Shown one piece after another: positions 49,742 to 58,669 of a stretch of 64,000 nucleotides of DNA. Both the position numbers and the translations under genes were made by a program. The DNA lies in the NCBI GenBank assembly GCA_044224875.1, contig JBGAJQ010000017.1, positions 1 through 64,000 of the forward strand, read 5' to 3'. Below the pieces are notes generated by a model. It saw nothing but the letters and a program-made list of their open reading frames with translations, was not told where the DNA came from and did no database searches. The stretch comes from Gemmatimonadaceae bacterium (GTDB taxonomy: Bacteria > Gemmatimonadota > Gemmatimonadetes > Gemmatimonadales > Gemmatimonadaceae). The stretch's first letter is position 1. Each line of letters starts with the position of its first letter.

Positions 49742-51534
49742 CAGGCAGTCCCCCCGGCGCGTTCTCCCGGCAGCTCGACACGCACGACGGTCCCATCGGC
49801 GCTGGAGACGGTCAATGTCCCGCCCAGGGTCGTGACGCGTTCGCGCATGCCGGCGAGGCCGGTACCCATCGCGTCCGGCATCGCCCCACTGAGTCCTCGG
49901 CCGTTGTCACTGACGTCGAGCACGATCGCTTGTGGCGAGGCTCGCAATCCCACGTGCACGCGCGTCGCGTCGGCGTGACGGACCACGTTGCTCAAGGACT
50001 CCTGCAGCACGCGATAGAGCACCAACTCCACGTCGTCTCCCGGTCTCGGCAGCTGCGACGGCAGGTCGAGCTCGATCTCGAGTCCGCACCGGGCCGCGAC
50101 TTCGGTTGCCAGGGAACGCAAGGCCGGCAGGAGGCCGAGCTCGTCGAGCAGCACCGGGCGTAGCGACTCGGTGACGGAGCGAATGCTCATCATCCCGTCA
50201 TCCACCAGACCGACGATACGCTGCAGGGCTCCCGAGGTTGCGGCGTCCGATCGTTCCTGGAGTATGCCCAGCTGCAACTTCACGGCCGAGAAGACTTGTG
50301 CGGTTTCGTCGTGCAGCTCGCGCGACAGGCGGCGGCGTTCGCTCTCATGCTCGCGCACGGTGGCCGCCGAGAGCCGCGCCAGCTCGTCACTCCGCTCCTT
50401 CAGGCGCTGCGTCAAGGCCGCGGTGCGGAGGGCGCCGCCAATCTGCGTGCCCAGGGTGACCAGGAAGCCGGCATCGAGGGCGGCGAATGGATCGCGCCAG
50501 TCGCCGACGATGATCAGCGCACCGTCAGGCGCACCCGCCGTCGCCACGGCGAGCACCGCCACGTAGGCGTACGTGGGGCCATCCACACTCGTCCCCCGCG
50601 CCGCGCCGTTCGCCCCGCCCTGCACCGCCCGCTCCTCATGGAGCACGTGTGGCTGTCCCGTGGCCATCGCCGCGAGCACTGCGTGCTCCACGGCCGGTGT
50701 AAGCGCCGCCCCCTTCCAACCCGCGCATTCGCCGGCCCCTTGCCGGAGGGCGACGTGGCTGAGGTCGCGAGTGAAGTATGCGGCCCCACGCGTCGCCGGC
50801 AGCTCCAATGCCCGGCCCAGCAGAGTTCCGATGGCGCTGTCCACGGAGGCTCCAACCGCGCTTCCCGAGAGCGCCGCGAGTGCGCCAAACCCCTGCCGCA
50901 AGTCGTCGAGCACCAGCACCGTCAAGGCCGTCGCCGTGGCCAACAGAAACGCCACATCCAGATAATAGCCCCACGGCGTCCAGGCACCGCGGGCTCGCAG
51001 GAAGGGGTAGTCGAGATGATGCACCGCCCACAGGATCTGCGTTGCCGCCAGCAGCAACGCCCCGGGTGAACGGACCCGCCTCCAGTACGCCGCAAACAAC
51101 CACCCGGTGTACGCCGTGACCGCACTGAGCAGGATCACCGACAAGAGTGCGGCGATCAGGAAGCTCTTCATCACGTACAGGGCGATGAACGAGAAGACCA
51201 CCGGCACCAGCAGCGTCGCCGTGTACAGCGGACGGAAGGTCAACTGTCGGGAGAAGGACAGCGCCGCCCACAGCAACGCGAGGGCAGTCCGCACCCCGTC
51301 AGGACTTGATGCAGATACAACCACACGCCCTGCTTGCGGGCGAGGTACATCGAGATCACGCCGATGTAGCGAATACGCGAACCACCCGATGGCAAACTCA
51401 GGATGAAGTACGGCTTTTGTACCGACGGTGCAGGAACCTCGCATACCCGGACAGCCCTAACGCGACCGCCGCCTGCAAGACGGCGGCATCGAGTTCGGCG
51501 CTACGGCCGGGATGGCGGAGGTCAGCTCCTGCAC
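49741..51534 (-). CDS. Multi-TM sensor histidine kinase (HisKA_3/NarX type); 5' end broken by several frameshifts
   Basis: ERRRLSRELHDETAQ, LRP..LDELGL, LYRVLQESLSNVVRHA, VSDNGRG, GTGLAGMRER. Membrane domain with HHLDYPFLR...WGYYLD. Hydrophobic N-terminal pieces (AAVLQAAVALGL; FAIGWFAYSL; WLYLHQVLTG) lie in alternating frames at about 51290-51530. Confidence 0.85.
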
Positions 51535-51643
51535 GCCTCCAAACTAGAGTCGCGCTCTCCCGAGTGCACCTGTCTCACGACGTGCCAACATGAAGCGGTC
51601 GCCCGGCAGGGCGACCGCTTCAGCTCACAGCAATGCGTCGGCG

Positions 51644-52738
51644 TCAATCACACGGCATGTTCTGCCATCGGGTCGCGCGCACCAACCCGTTGACGTACGT
51701 CGTTGAGCCCACCGCGTCGCCGCAACGGTTGACCTCACGCGCATCGCTGGTGACGGTTCCGCCGATGAATGGCAGGAAGATGAAGGCCCCCGGGCCTCGC
51801 TTGGTGATGGCGCGACGATTGGCGCCGAGCGGCGCCCAGCCCACCATCCGGCCGAGATCGGAGATCCCCATGCCTCGCGAGCCCGCGGTTGGCGCACCAG
51901 CCATGGCACCGGGAAGTCGACGCGCCATCGCCACCACGGTGCCGGCACCCGTTGTCGACTCGCCCACCGTTGTACGAAAACTGTTGATGTCGTAGCCGTG
52001 CGAGTCCGTTCCACCGGGCAATGCCCCAAGGTCCACAAATCCTCCTGCCGCGCTCCACATCACGGCATGCTCTGGCCCCCCGAACATCTTGGCCCATCCG
52101 GTGATGTCTCCATTCGGCGCGATAGCCTCGGCGTGGCTGCTGAGGTAGCCCGCGGGATGAATGTCCTGATACCCTGTCGCCGGCTGCCAACGAAAGGCAT
52201 GCACGTTGCCGGCGTTGGTGAACTCGCCGACCACCAGCAGGTTGTTGTCCTCGATGTCACGCGCGTCGAGATCGGTTGTACCTGCCGGCCCATTCAGGAT
52301 GTTGAAGCCAATACCACCAACCTGCCATACGAATCCGCGGCGCCCAGCCGCGTTGTATGCCGAGCCGACGACGGCGTTGAAATCGGAGATCGCATTGCCC
52401 ACGGCGGCGGTGTACCCGGCCGGGACGCCAAGGTCGACCGGGACGGCGCCGGCCGGCCATACCGTCACGCGTCCGTCCGTGATCGGATCGGCGTTGTAGC
52501 TGACGCCCGCCGCATCGCCGGCGATGTTGTTGCCATTCGCGATGCTGTTGTTCCGCCCAGGCGTCGTGCCCAAGTTGATCACGACAAAGACGTTGATGCT
52601 TGCATCGCCCTCACTTGCCGACACACTGGCGTCTGCCGGCGGCACACGCGGTGCCGATGGGGCGTCCGAACATGCCGCCATCCCCGCCAGCGACAATCCC
52701 AACCCCACCCTCATCCAGCCATTGCTAGAACCACGCAT
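51644..52738 (-). CDS. HAF-repeat beta-propeller lipoprotein
   Basis: ATG 52738 with GAGGAGG RBS; lipobox MAAC; HAFRW and HAVMW..GF.DLG.LPGG repeats; ends VNRCG...PCD*. Confidence 0.85.
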   Translation of the reverse strand: MRGSSNGWMRVGLGLSLAGMAACSDAPSAPRVPPADASVSASEGDASINVFVVINLGTTPGRNNSIANGNNIAGDAAGVSYNADPITDGRVTVWPAGAVPVDLGVPAGYTAAVGNAISDFNAVVGSAYNAAGRRGFVWQVGGIGFNILNGPAGTTDLDARDIEDNNLLVVGEFTNAGNVHAFRWQPATGYQDIHPAGYLSSHAEAIAPNGDITGWAKMFGGPEHAVMWSAAGGFVDLGALPGGTDSHGYDINSFRTTVGESTTGAGTVVAMARRLPGAMAGAPTAGSRGMGISDLGRMVGWAPLGANRRAITKRGPGAFIFLPFIGGTVTSDAREVNRCGDAVGSTTYVNGLVRATRWQNMPCD

Positions 52739-52940
52739 ATCCCCTCCTCGCTGATGTCTGCCGCCGCGTCGTGCGCACAGTGCGTCCACGTCATGCGGCG
52801 TTGCCAGAGGAGGCGTCATTCGATGCACGCGATGGACATTGCGCCCACGGCCGAGGGTGCTTTGGCGATGGGTCACCCCTAACGCGAAGGCCGGCACCCA
52901 CGGGGCACCGGCCTTCACAGGAATGCAGGGACACACCCGA

Positions 52941-54026
52941 TCAGTCACAGGGGTTGTTCACCCAGGCGACCGCCCTGGTAAGACCCGTAACCGAATTGCG
53001 AACCGAGCCGGCAATCGACCCGCAGACGTTGACCGCGTTGCCCTCACTGCTGTTGAAGCCGCCGGGCAGGGGAAGAATGGCGGCGGGCCCCGCACCGAAC
53101 TTGGTCCATGCGCGCCGCACCGGCCCGGGCGTCGTGTAACCCGTCAGGCGCAAGAGGTCGGACACACCCTGGATCGCCGTGTTGTTCGTTGGATTGGACT
53201 GGAAACCCGTCGCATTGCGATACAGGAACGGCAAGGTGGCAACCGGACCGCCAGCTACACCGCCAATCGCCCCACCCACGTTGATATCCTGACCCTCGCT
53301 GTACGTTGTGCCGACGAGGAGCCCGAGGTCATTGAACACGCCAGCCGGTGTCCAACGCGCCAGATGGCGATCGCCGTTGGGAAGCGACGCCCACCCGACC
53401 ACGGTCCCACCCGCATTGATCGCCTCCGCGTGGCTCTCGACCCACACTCCCGCTGGATGCAAGTCCACGTAGCCACCGGCCACGGTGTAACGGAAGGCGT
53501 GACGGATACCCGCGGGTCCCTGTACACCACCCACCACCACGTTGGCCACATTGACGTCCCGCGCCTCGAGACGTGTTGTGCCTGGCGGGCCGCTCAGCAC
53601 ATTTAGGCCGCCGGGCGGTCCCCAGAAGCCCCGCACGCCTGCCGGGCTGGAAAGGACCCCGGCGGCGATGCCGGCAGCGTTCACCGCGTAGGCCACCCCC
53701 GCCGTTGCCGGTGCTGGCACACCATAATCGAGTGCGGCTGCACCAAACCAAACCGTTGGGCGCCCATCGATCATGGGGTCCACGACGTAGCTCACCCCGG
53801 CGACCCTGCCCGCCACCTCATTGTCGAACCCTTCCGAATTCAACTTCCCAGGCAAAGGAAGCAGCTGCGTGATGGTGAACGCCGCGACCCGCGAATCGTC
53901 GATGGCGAACGAGACGTCGTCGGCTCCCAGAAGAGGCGATGTTGTTGCTGTCGGCTGATCCGAACAGGCAACAAGCGTGAGCAGTGCGAGCGTCGCTGCG
54001 GCAACCCGGTGGTGCATGTGGTGCAT
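52941..54026 (-). CDS. HAF-repeat beta-propeller lipoprotein (tandem paralogue)
   Basis: CAGGAG RBS; lipobox LVAC; HAFRY and HAEAIN.GG.VVGW; ends VNVCG...PCD*. Confidence 0.85.
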   Translation of the reverse strand: MHHMHHRVAAATLALLTLVACSDQPTATTSPLLGADDVSFAIDDSRVAAFTITQLLPLPGKLNSEGFDNEVAGRVAGVSYVVDPMIDGRPTVWFGAAALDYGVPAPATAGVAYAVNAAGIAAGVLSSPAGVRGFWGPPGGLNVLSGPPGTTRLEARDVNVANVVVGGVQGPAGIRHAFRYTVAGGYVDLHPAGVWVESHAEAINAGGTVVGWASLPNGDRHLARWTPAGVFNDLGLLVGTTYSEGQDINVGGAIGGVAGGPVATLPFLYRNATGFQSNPTNNTAIQGVSDLLRLTGYTTPGPVRRAWTKFGAGPAAILPLPGGFNSSEGNAVNVCGSIAGSVRNSVTGLTRAVAWVNNPCD

Positions 54027-54525
54027 GGTACGATCTCCTGAGGAGTGATTGGGGGTACCGTCGCCCGCTCCAGCCAGCGGAGCGCGCCCTGACGTTTCGC
54101 CCGGACGCTGGGGGCAGCGCCTCTGCAGTTTTTGAACCTGTGGTCAATGCTCGGGATTTGTGCCCTGTGGGCCGGCTGGCGACGCGGCGCGCCCAGGGAT
54201 CACTCAAGGCGGATGCCCGAACCGACCGGTGATACGTCTAGCGACGAGGGCGCGTCACCGCTCCGCGACATCGCGGCACATGCCAGTGCGGCGAAGCGAC
54301 GTCCTCAGGCAATACGTCGGTTGCAACCGGGCCTCACGCGCCGCGGGTGTAGCTGCGCCTCGGCAGGTAGTGTGGCGCTTGAGTGGCGACGATCTCCAGT
54401 TGCCGTCGATGGCCGCCCAGTCGATTGCGGCTGGCGGTTCGTGCGGGCCCAAAGCGAAGCGGCCGGTTGCTCGCAAGAGCAACCGGCCGCCACATCGAAG
54501 ACAAGCGCGGGTACGCTGGCTTCGC

Positions 54526-54903
54526 TTAACGCAGCGCCAGTGCGTTCATCACCAGCATGCCGAGGGCGAAGATGCCAACGGCAGCGGCGATCGCGGTCAC
54601 GGGCGACATCTGCAAAGGTTTCTTGAAGGTGGACGCCGTGGTGCGGGCCGTCTCGATCGGCAGCAGCGCAGCCATGATCTTCGCCGGGATGTGCGCGGGC
54701 GTCATCATGTGGCGACGACGGTCCGTTTCCTCCCCGATGCGACGCCAGAACTCGACCGACCGCGCGGACTCGCCGCGCAGGTCCGCAGGTTCCGGCAATT
54801 CGCCATCCAACCAACGATTGATGACATCAGATGTAGCGATCGGCGCCAAGGGCACCTCTCGATCTGCCTGAGAGTCCCGAATCTCCACGATTCGGGCGCT
54901 CAC
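54526..54903 (-). CDS. Hypothetical protein with C-terminal TM helix, candidate anti-sigma factor
   Basis: INRWLDGEL motif and a single C-terminal hydrophobic helix, directly downstream of an ECF sigma gene. Start uncertain: an ATG overlapping the sigma TAA at 54950 is in another frame. Confidence 0.55.
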   Translation of the reverse strand: MSARIVEIRDSQADREVPLAPIATSDVINRWLDGELPEPADLRGESARSVEFWRRIGEETDRRRHMMTPAHIPAKIMAALLPIETARTTASTFKKPLQMSPVTAIAAAVGIFALGMLVMNALALR

Positions 54904-54949
54904 GAGAAGGCTCGCTGTGGCCGCCGCGCTCGAAAGTGCTTTTCGGGCA

Positions 54950-55519
54950 TTAGGCGTATTTCTCCTCTGGAAACCCTTGGAGCGCTTCACGCGCGCGATG
55001 AACGCGCATCTTCAGAGCCCCGACGGTGGTGTTCAAAAAATCAGCCATTTCCTCGTACGACCGCCCCTCGACATGCTTCATCACGAATGCTTCGCGCAAC
55101 GACGTTGGAAGCTTCGCAAGCGCGGCGTCGAGATCATCACGCAGCTCCGTGCGGTCGAGTTCCTCCTCCGGGTTCGCGTAGCCGGTCGGCTGGTCATCTT
55201 CGTCGTAGCTGACATGCGTGCGACGAAATGTTCTTCAGCCAGTCCTTGCAGCCATTCGCGACGATCCGAAGACCCAGGCGTCAAAGCGACCGCGCACCTC
55301 GGAGAGGTGGTGATACGCTTTGATGAAAGACATCTGGAGGATGTCTTCCGCAACGTCCGGACTTCCGGTCATGCCCAAGGCATGCCGATAGAGCGGGTCG
55401 CTGTAGCGCTGGATGAGGATCGAGAATGACTCGCGATGTCCGTCCAGGACCCGCGAGATGATCTCTTGGTCGGCCTCCAACTGGTCCATCGATGAGGGCG
55501 TCGGCACCGTCGTCTTCAC
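54950..55519 (-). CDS. ECF RNA polymerase sigma factor (two compensating frameshifts at about 55270 and 55225)
   Basis: Region 2 GHRESFSILIQRY...AEDILQMSFIKAY.HL....FDAWVF; repaired middle RIVANGCKDWLKNIRR; region 4 ALAKLPTSLREAFVMKHVEGRSYEEMADFLNTTVGALKMRVHRAREAL. Confidence 0.88.
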
Positions 55520-55631
55520 GGTGCTATGGTAACCGCTTTTACGGCCTCTCGACAGTCCTTTGGATGCGCTCGGTTGGGTCAGGAGTAGAGTCACGTCTGC
55601 ATGACGAGCACCCCTGTACGGGAGTAACACC

Positions 55632-56744
55632 CTACGGTATGGTGTTTTCCCCGGCAAAACGCTCAAAGGCGCGCCAGCCAAATGCGCGAATCAATGCGCC
55701 ATGTTCGTTGAGTTTTGGAGGTGGGAATCGCACGGACCCGGGAATGGACGGTGCGACTCCAGTGCGGGGCGAGCAGGGGACGTCATCGAGAGCTTCGCGC
55801 ACCGTCCGCACGACGCCGCACGGGACCCCTTCCCTGTCCAGCGCCTGCTGCCATTGCGCCGCCCGGCGCTGTCGCAGACGAGCCTGCAACACTTCCACGA
55901 CGTGAGCGCGGTGCGCCAATCGGCCCGCATTTGACAGGAGCGCCGCGTCGGACGCCAGCTCCGTCAGCTCCAACGCTCGACAACAGGCCTGCCACTGCCC
56001 ATCGTTTCCAACCGCCACCACCAACGAACGATCGCTCGCCGCAAATAGCTGGTACGGCACCAGGTTCGCATGTCCATTGCCCCAGCGACGAGCATCGTTG
56101 CCCGAGACCAGGACATTCTGCGCCACGTTCACGAGCGCCGCGGTCGCAGAGTGAGCCAACGAGACAAAAAGCCGGCGCCTGTCCGCCGGGAGTGCACGGC
56201 GCGCAGCCAGCGCTCCCAATACCGCAATCGTCGCGTCCTTTCCGGCAATCACATCGGCGAGCGCCACACCAACCTTGGACGGTTCTCCCTCGGGAGCACC
56301 TGTTATCGACATCCATCCACACTCGGCCTGCACCACGAAGTCGTAGCCAGGGCGATCGCTCTCTTCGCCAAAGCCGGTAAGCGTGCACCAGACAAGTTCG
56401 GGCCGGTTGTGAACCCAGGTGCTGGGGTCGATGCCGCGCCGCTCGAGGGTGCCGGGGCGGAAGTTGTCCAGCACCACATCTGCCTCCTCAATCAGCCCGC
56501 TAAGGACCTCTCGATCGGAGTCGGCATCCAGATCGAGCGCAACGCCGAGCTTGTTTCGGTTAATGCTCAGGAAGTAGGCGCTTTCGCCGTCCGGATCGAA
56601 CGGCGGCCCCCAACCACGTGTTTCGTCGCCCGTTCCCGGCCGTTCGACCTTGATCACATCGGCTCCGAGATCGCCGAGTGCCATTGAGCACACGGGGCCG
56701 GCCAGAACTCTGGTCATGTCGAGAACTTTGTATCCTTTGAGCAT
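55632..56744 (-). CDS. CoA transferase family III (CaiB/BaiF)
   Basis: VLDMTRVLAGP, LGDLGADVIKVERPG.GDETR.WGPP, NRNK, NFRPG, RPGYD. Confidence 0.95.
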   Translation of the reverse strand: MLKGYKVLDMTRVLAGPVCSMALGDLGADVIKVERPGTGDETRGWGPPFDPDGESAYFLSINRNKLGVALDLDADSDREVLSGLIEEADVVLDNFRPGTLERRGIDPSTWVHNRPELVWCTLTGFGEESDRPGYDFVVQAECGWMSITGAPEGEPSKVGVALADVIAGKDATIAVLGALAARRALPADRRRLFVSLAHSATAALVNVAQNVLVSGNDARRWGNGHANLVPYQLFAASDRSLVVAVGNDGQWQACCRALELTELASDAALLSNAGRLAHRAHVVEVLQARLRQRRAAQWQQALDREGVPCGVVRTVREALDDVPCSPRTGVAPSIPGSVRFPPPKLNEHGALIRAFGWRAFERFAGENTIP

Positions 56745-56840
56745 TTATGTCGCTCTACTGTCGCGATGAAGTGATTATATTGTTGCTGATAGTTTGATAG
56801 GTCAAATCGGCGGTGCGGCACGAAACTGCCTTACCGCGAC

Positions 56841-56868
56841 TTGCATATGACCCGAAAAATCATATACT
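56841..56868 (+). promoter_or_regulatory. Putative sigma70 promoter with an overlapping inverted repeat
   Basis: TTGCAT-N16-TATACT; ATATGA-N9-TCATAT at 56845-56865 lies between the boxes; AT-rich divergent intergenic region. Confidence 0.5.
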
Positions 56869-56997
56869 TACCGCCGCCGAACGAGCCTGCCGCCACAGCC
56901 GCCTCCCCAAGGCACCCAGATGGCGCCGACAGTGACCAGCGGAACGCGACGGACATGGTCCCCGCGTGGCGGCCCACCCGACTGAGCTTTCCCCTCA

Positions 56998-57618
56998 ATG
57001 ACCGAAATGGCCCCAGAAATCGACGAGAAGGGCGATGAGGATGCCTCTCCGACGCCACCCACGCCGCCCAAACGTGGTCCGGGTCACCGAGGGCAAGACA
57101 TGCGGGACACCGTGGCCGAGATGGCCGCGCGCGCGCATGAAATAAGCCTCGAGGCCGGCTCGAAGATGGCAGCCGCGATGAAGGATGTCATCGGGGCCGC
57201 CGCAGGACTCTCCGCTTTCGCGATTGAGAGCGCGCGCGACCTGGTCCAGTTCATGGTGCGGCGCGGCCAGATGACCCAGGATGAGGCTGACAAGCTCTTG
57301 CGTGAGGCCGAAGAGGCCCACGCCAAGAACCCAAAGCCGATCACGCCCAAGGCGGCGGAACCAAAGAAGCCCGTCGAAAAGTTGGCTCCGAAGCCGGCCC
57401 CTGCGCCAAAAGCACCCGTCGCCGCGGCTCCAGCGGCGCCCAGCCCCAAGCCGGCCGTTAGTGCTAAGCCGGCACCGGCTGTGCCCGCACCCACACCCGC
57501 GGCGAAGCCGCCGGCCAAGACGGCTGCTAAGACGGCGAGCGCCGCACCCAAGCCCGCGGCAAAGAAGCCCGCTGCAGCTCCGGCGAAAAAGGCGGCACCT
57601 GCCGCGAAGAAGAAGTAG
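56998..57618 (+). CDS. PhaF-like protein: phasin-type N-domain plus Ala/Lys/Pro-rich histone-H1-like tail
   Basis: SARDLVQFMVRRGQMTQDEADKLLREAE helical phasin-like motif, then about 95 aa of AAKP/PAKK low complexity. Confidence 0.65.
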   Translation: MTEMAPEIDEKGDEDASPTPPTPPKRGPGHRGQDMRDTVAEMAARAHEISLEAGSKMAAAMKDVIGAAAGLSAFAIESARDLVQFMVRRGQMTQDEADKLLREAEEAHAKNPKPITPKAAEPKKPVEKLAPKPAPAPKAPVAAAPAAPSPKPAVSAKPAPAVPAPTPAAKPPAKTAAKTASAAPKPAAKKPAAAPAKKAAPAAKKK

Positions 57619-57636
57619 TCGGACCGCGGAGCAACT

Positions 57637-57680
57637 TGGGCGGCGTGACACCTCGTGTGACGCCGCCCATTTTCTTTCTT
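57637..57680 (+). terminator. Rho-independent terminator
   Basis: TGGGCGGCGT...ACGCCGCCCA stem followed by TTTTCTTTCTT. Confidence 0.8.
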
Positions 57681-57681
57681 G

Positions 57682-58656
57682 ATGCCTGTCACCGACTCGC
57701 CTCGTGTCCTGAGAGCGCGCGCACCAACGCGCATTGACTTCGGAGGCGGGTGGACTGACGTACCGCCCTACTCGACGGAGCAAGGTGGTTGCGTGTGCAA
57801 TGTCGCCATCTCCCTGTGCTCGACGGTGACGCTCCGGACGCACGCTGGCGACCACACCATGATAAGCGCGCGCGAGGCAGACACGGCGTTGGCCAAGGCT
57901 GCTCTCGCGCGGGCTGGTGTGGTGGGCATTTCGGCCACGCTCGACAATGACTTTCCCGTGTCTGCCGGGCTCGGAGGCTCGAGCGCGGCGGGTGTTGCGA
58001 TGCTTGGAGCGCTGAATCGATGGTGCCAGGAAGGGCCCGTTGACCGTGCCGCGTTGGCGGAATGGAGCCGCGACCTCGAGGTCCGAGATCTTGGCATCGC
58101 GGGTGGGCGGCAAGACCACTATGCCGCCGCGTTCGGCGGAGCCCTTGGCCTCTGGTTCGCAGAGACCACGCGCTGCAGGCAGATTCCGCTCTCGGAAACT
58201 TTTGCGACGGAATTGGCCGACCGCTGCGTCGTTGCGTATACCGGAGAGTCACGGATCTCCGCCGATACGATCACTGGTGTAATGACGGCGTATCGGGAGG
58301 ATCGTGGTGTGGTGCGAACGTCACTGGCTCGTATGCGGGTGCTCGCCGAGGCGATGATCGACGCACTCGCGCGGGAAGACCTCGACGAACTTGGTGGCTT
58401 GGTGGAGGAACAGTGGGCATGCCAGCGCGCGTTGCACCCGGCGATCCCAACGCCGCGGATCGATGCATTGTTGGAGGACGCTCGGGTCGCCGGGGCGATC
58501 GGGGGCAAGGCGTTAGGCGCCTCGGGGGGTGGGTGTGTGGTGGCAATCGCAGCGCGCGGTCGCACCGGTGCCGTGCGCGCGGCCATGTCACAAACCGCCA
58601 CGCTGCTGCCCTACCAGGTCGACATCCAGGGGTTTCGATGGGAGTTCATCACGTGA
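57682..58656 (+). CDS. GHMP-family sugar kinase (HddA/heptose-7-phosphate kinase-like)
   Basis: RAPTRIDFGGGWTD, P.SAGLGGSSA, GGRQDHYAAAFGG, GGKALGASGGG. Confidence 0.88.
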   Translation: MPVTDSPRVLRARAPTRIDFGGGWTDVPPYSTEQGGCVCNVAISLCSTVTLRTHAGDHTMISAREADTALAKAALARAGVVGISATLDNDFPVSAGLGGSSAAGVAMLGALNRWCQEGPVDRAALAEWSRDLEVRDLGIAGGRQDHYAAAFGGALGLWFAETTRCRQIPLSETFATELADRCVVAYTGESRISADTITGVMTAYREDRGVVRTSLARMRVLAEAMIDALAREDLDELGGLVEEQWACQRALHPAIPTPRIDALLEDARVAGAIGGKALGASGGGCVVAIAARGRTGAVRAAMSQTATLLPYQVDIQGFRWEFIT

Positions 58657-58669
58657 ACGTGGAGGGTCC

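Noticed and set aside
54027..54525. Gap of about 500 bp covered by ORFs 54132..54626 and 54160..55212
   Set aside because: Arg/Ala-rich translations typical of non-coding frames that overlap real genes; no RNA motif recognised.
56812..56830. Sigma54-like GGCACG...TGC
   Set aside because: The GG and GC are 9 nt apart rather than the required 10.
57330..57615. Repetitive GC-rich DNA as a possible tandem repeat or CRISPR
   Set aside because: Explained by Ala/Lys/Pro low-complexity coding; there is no fixed-length repeat-spacer structure here or elsewhere in the window.
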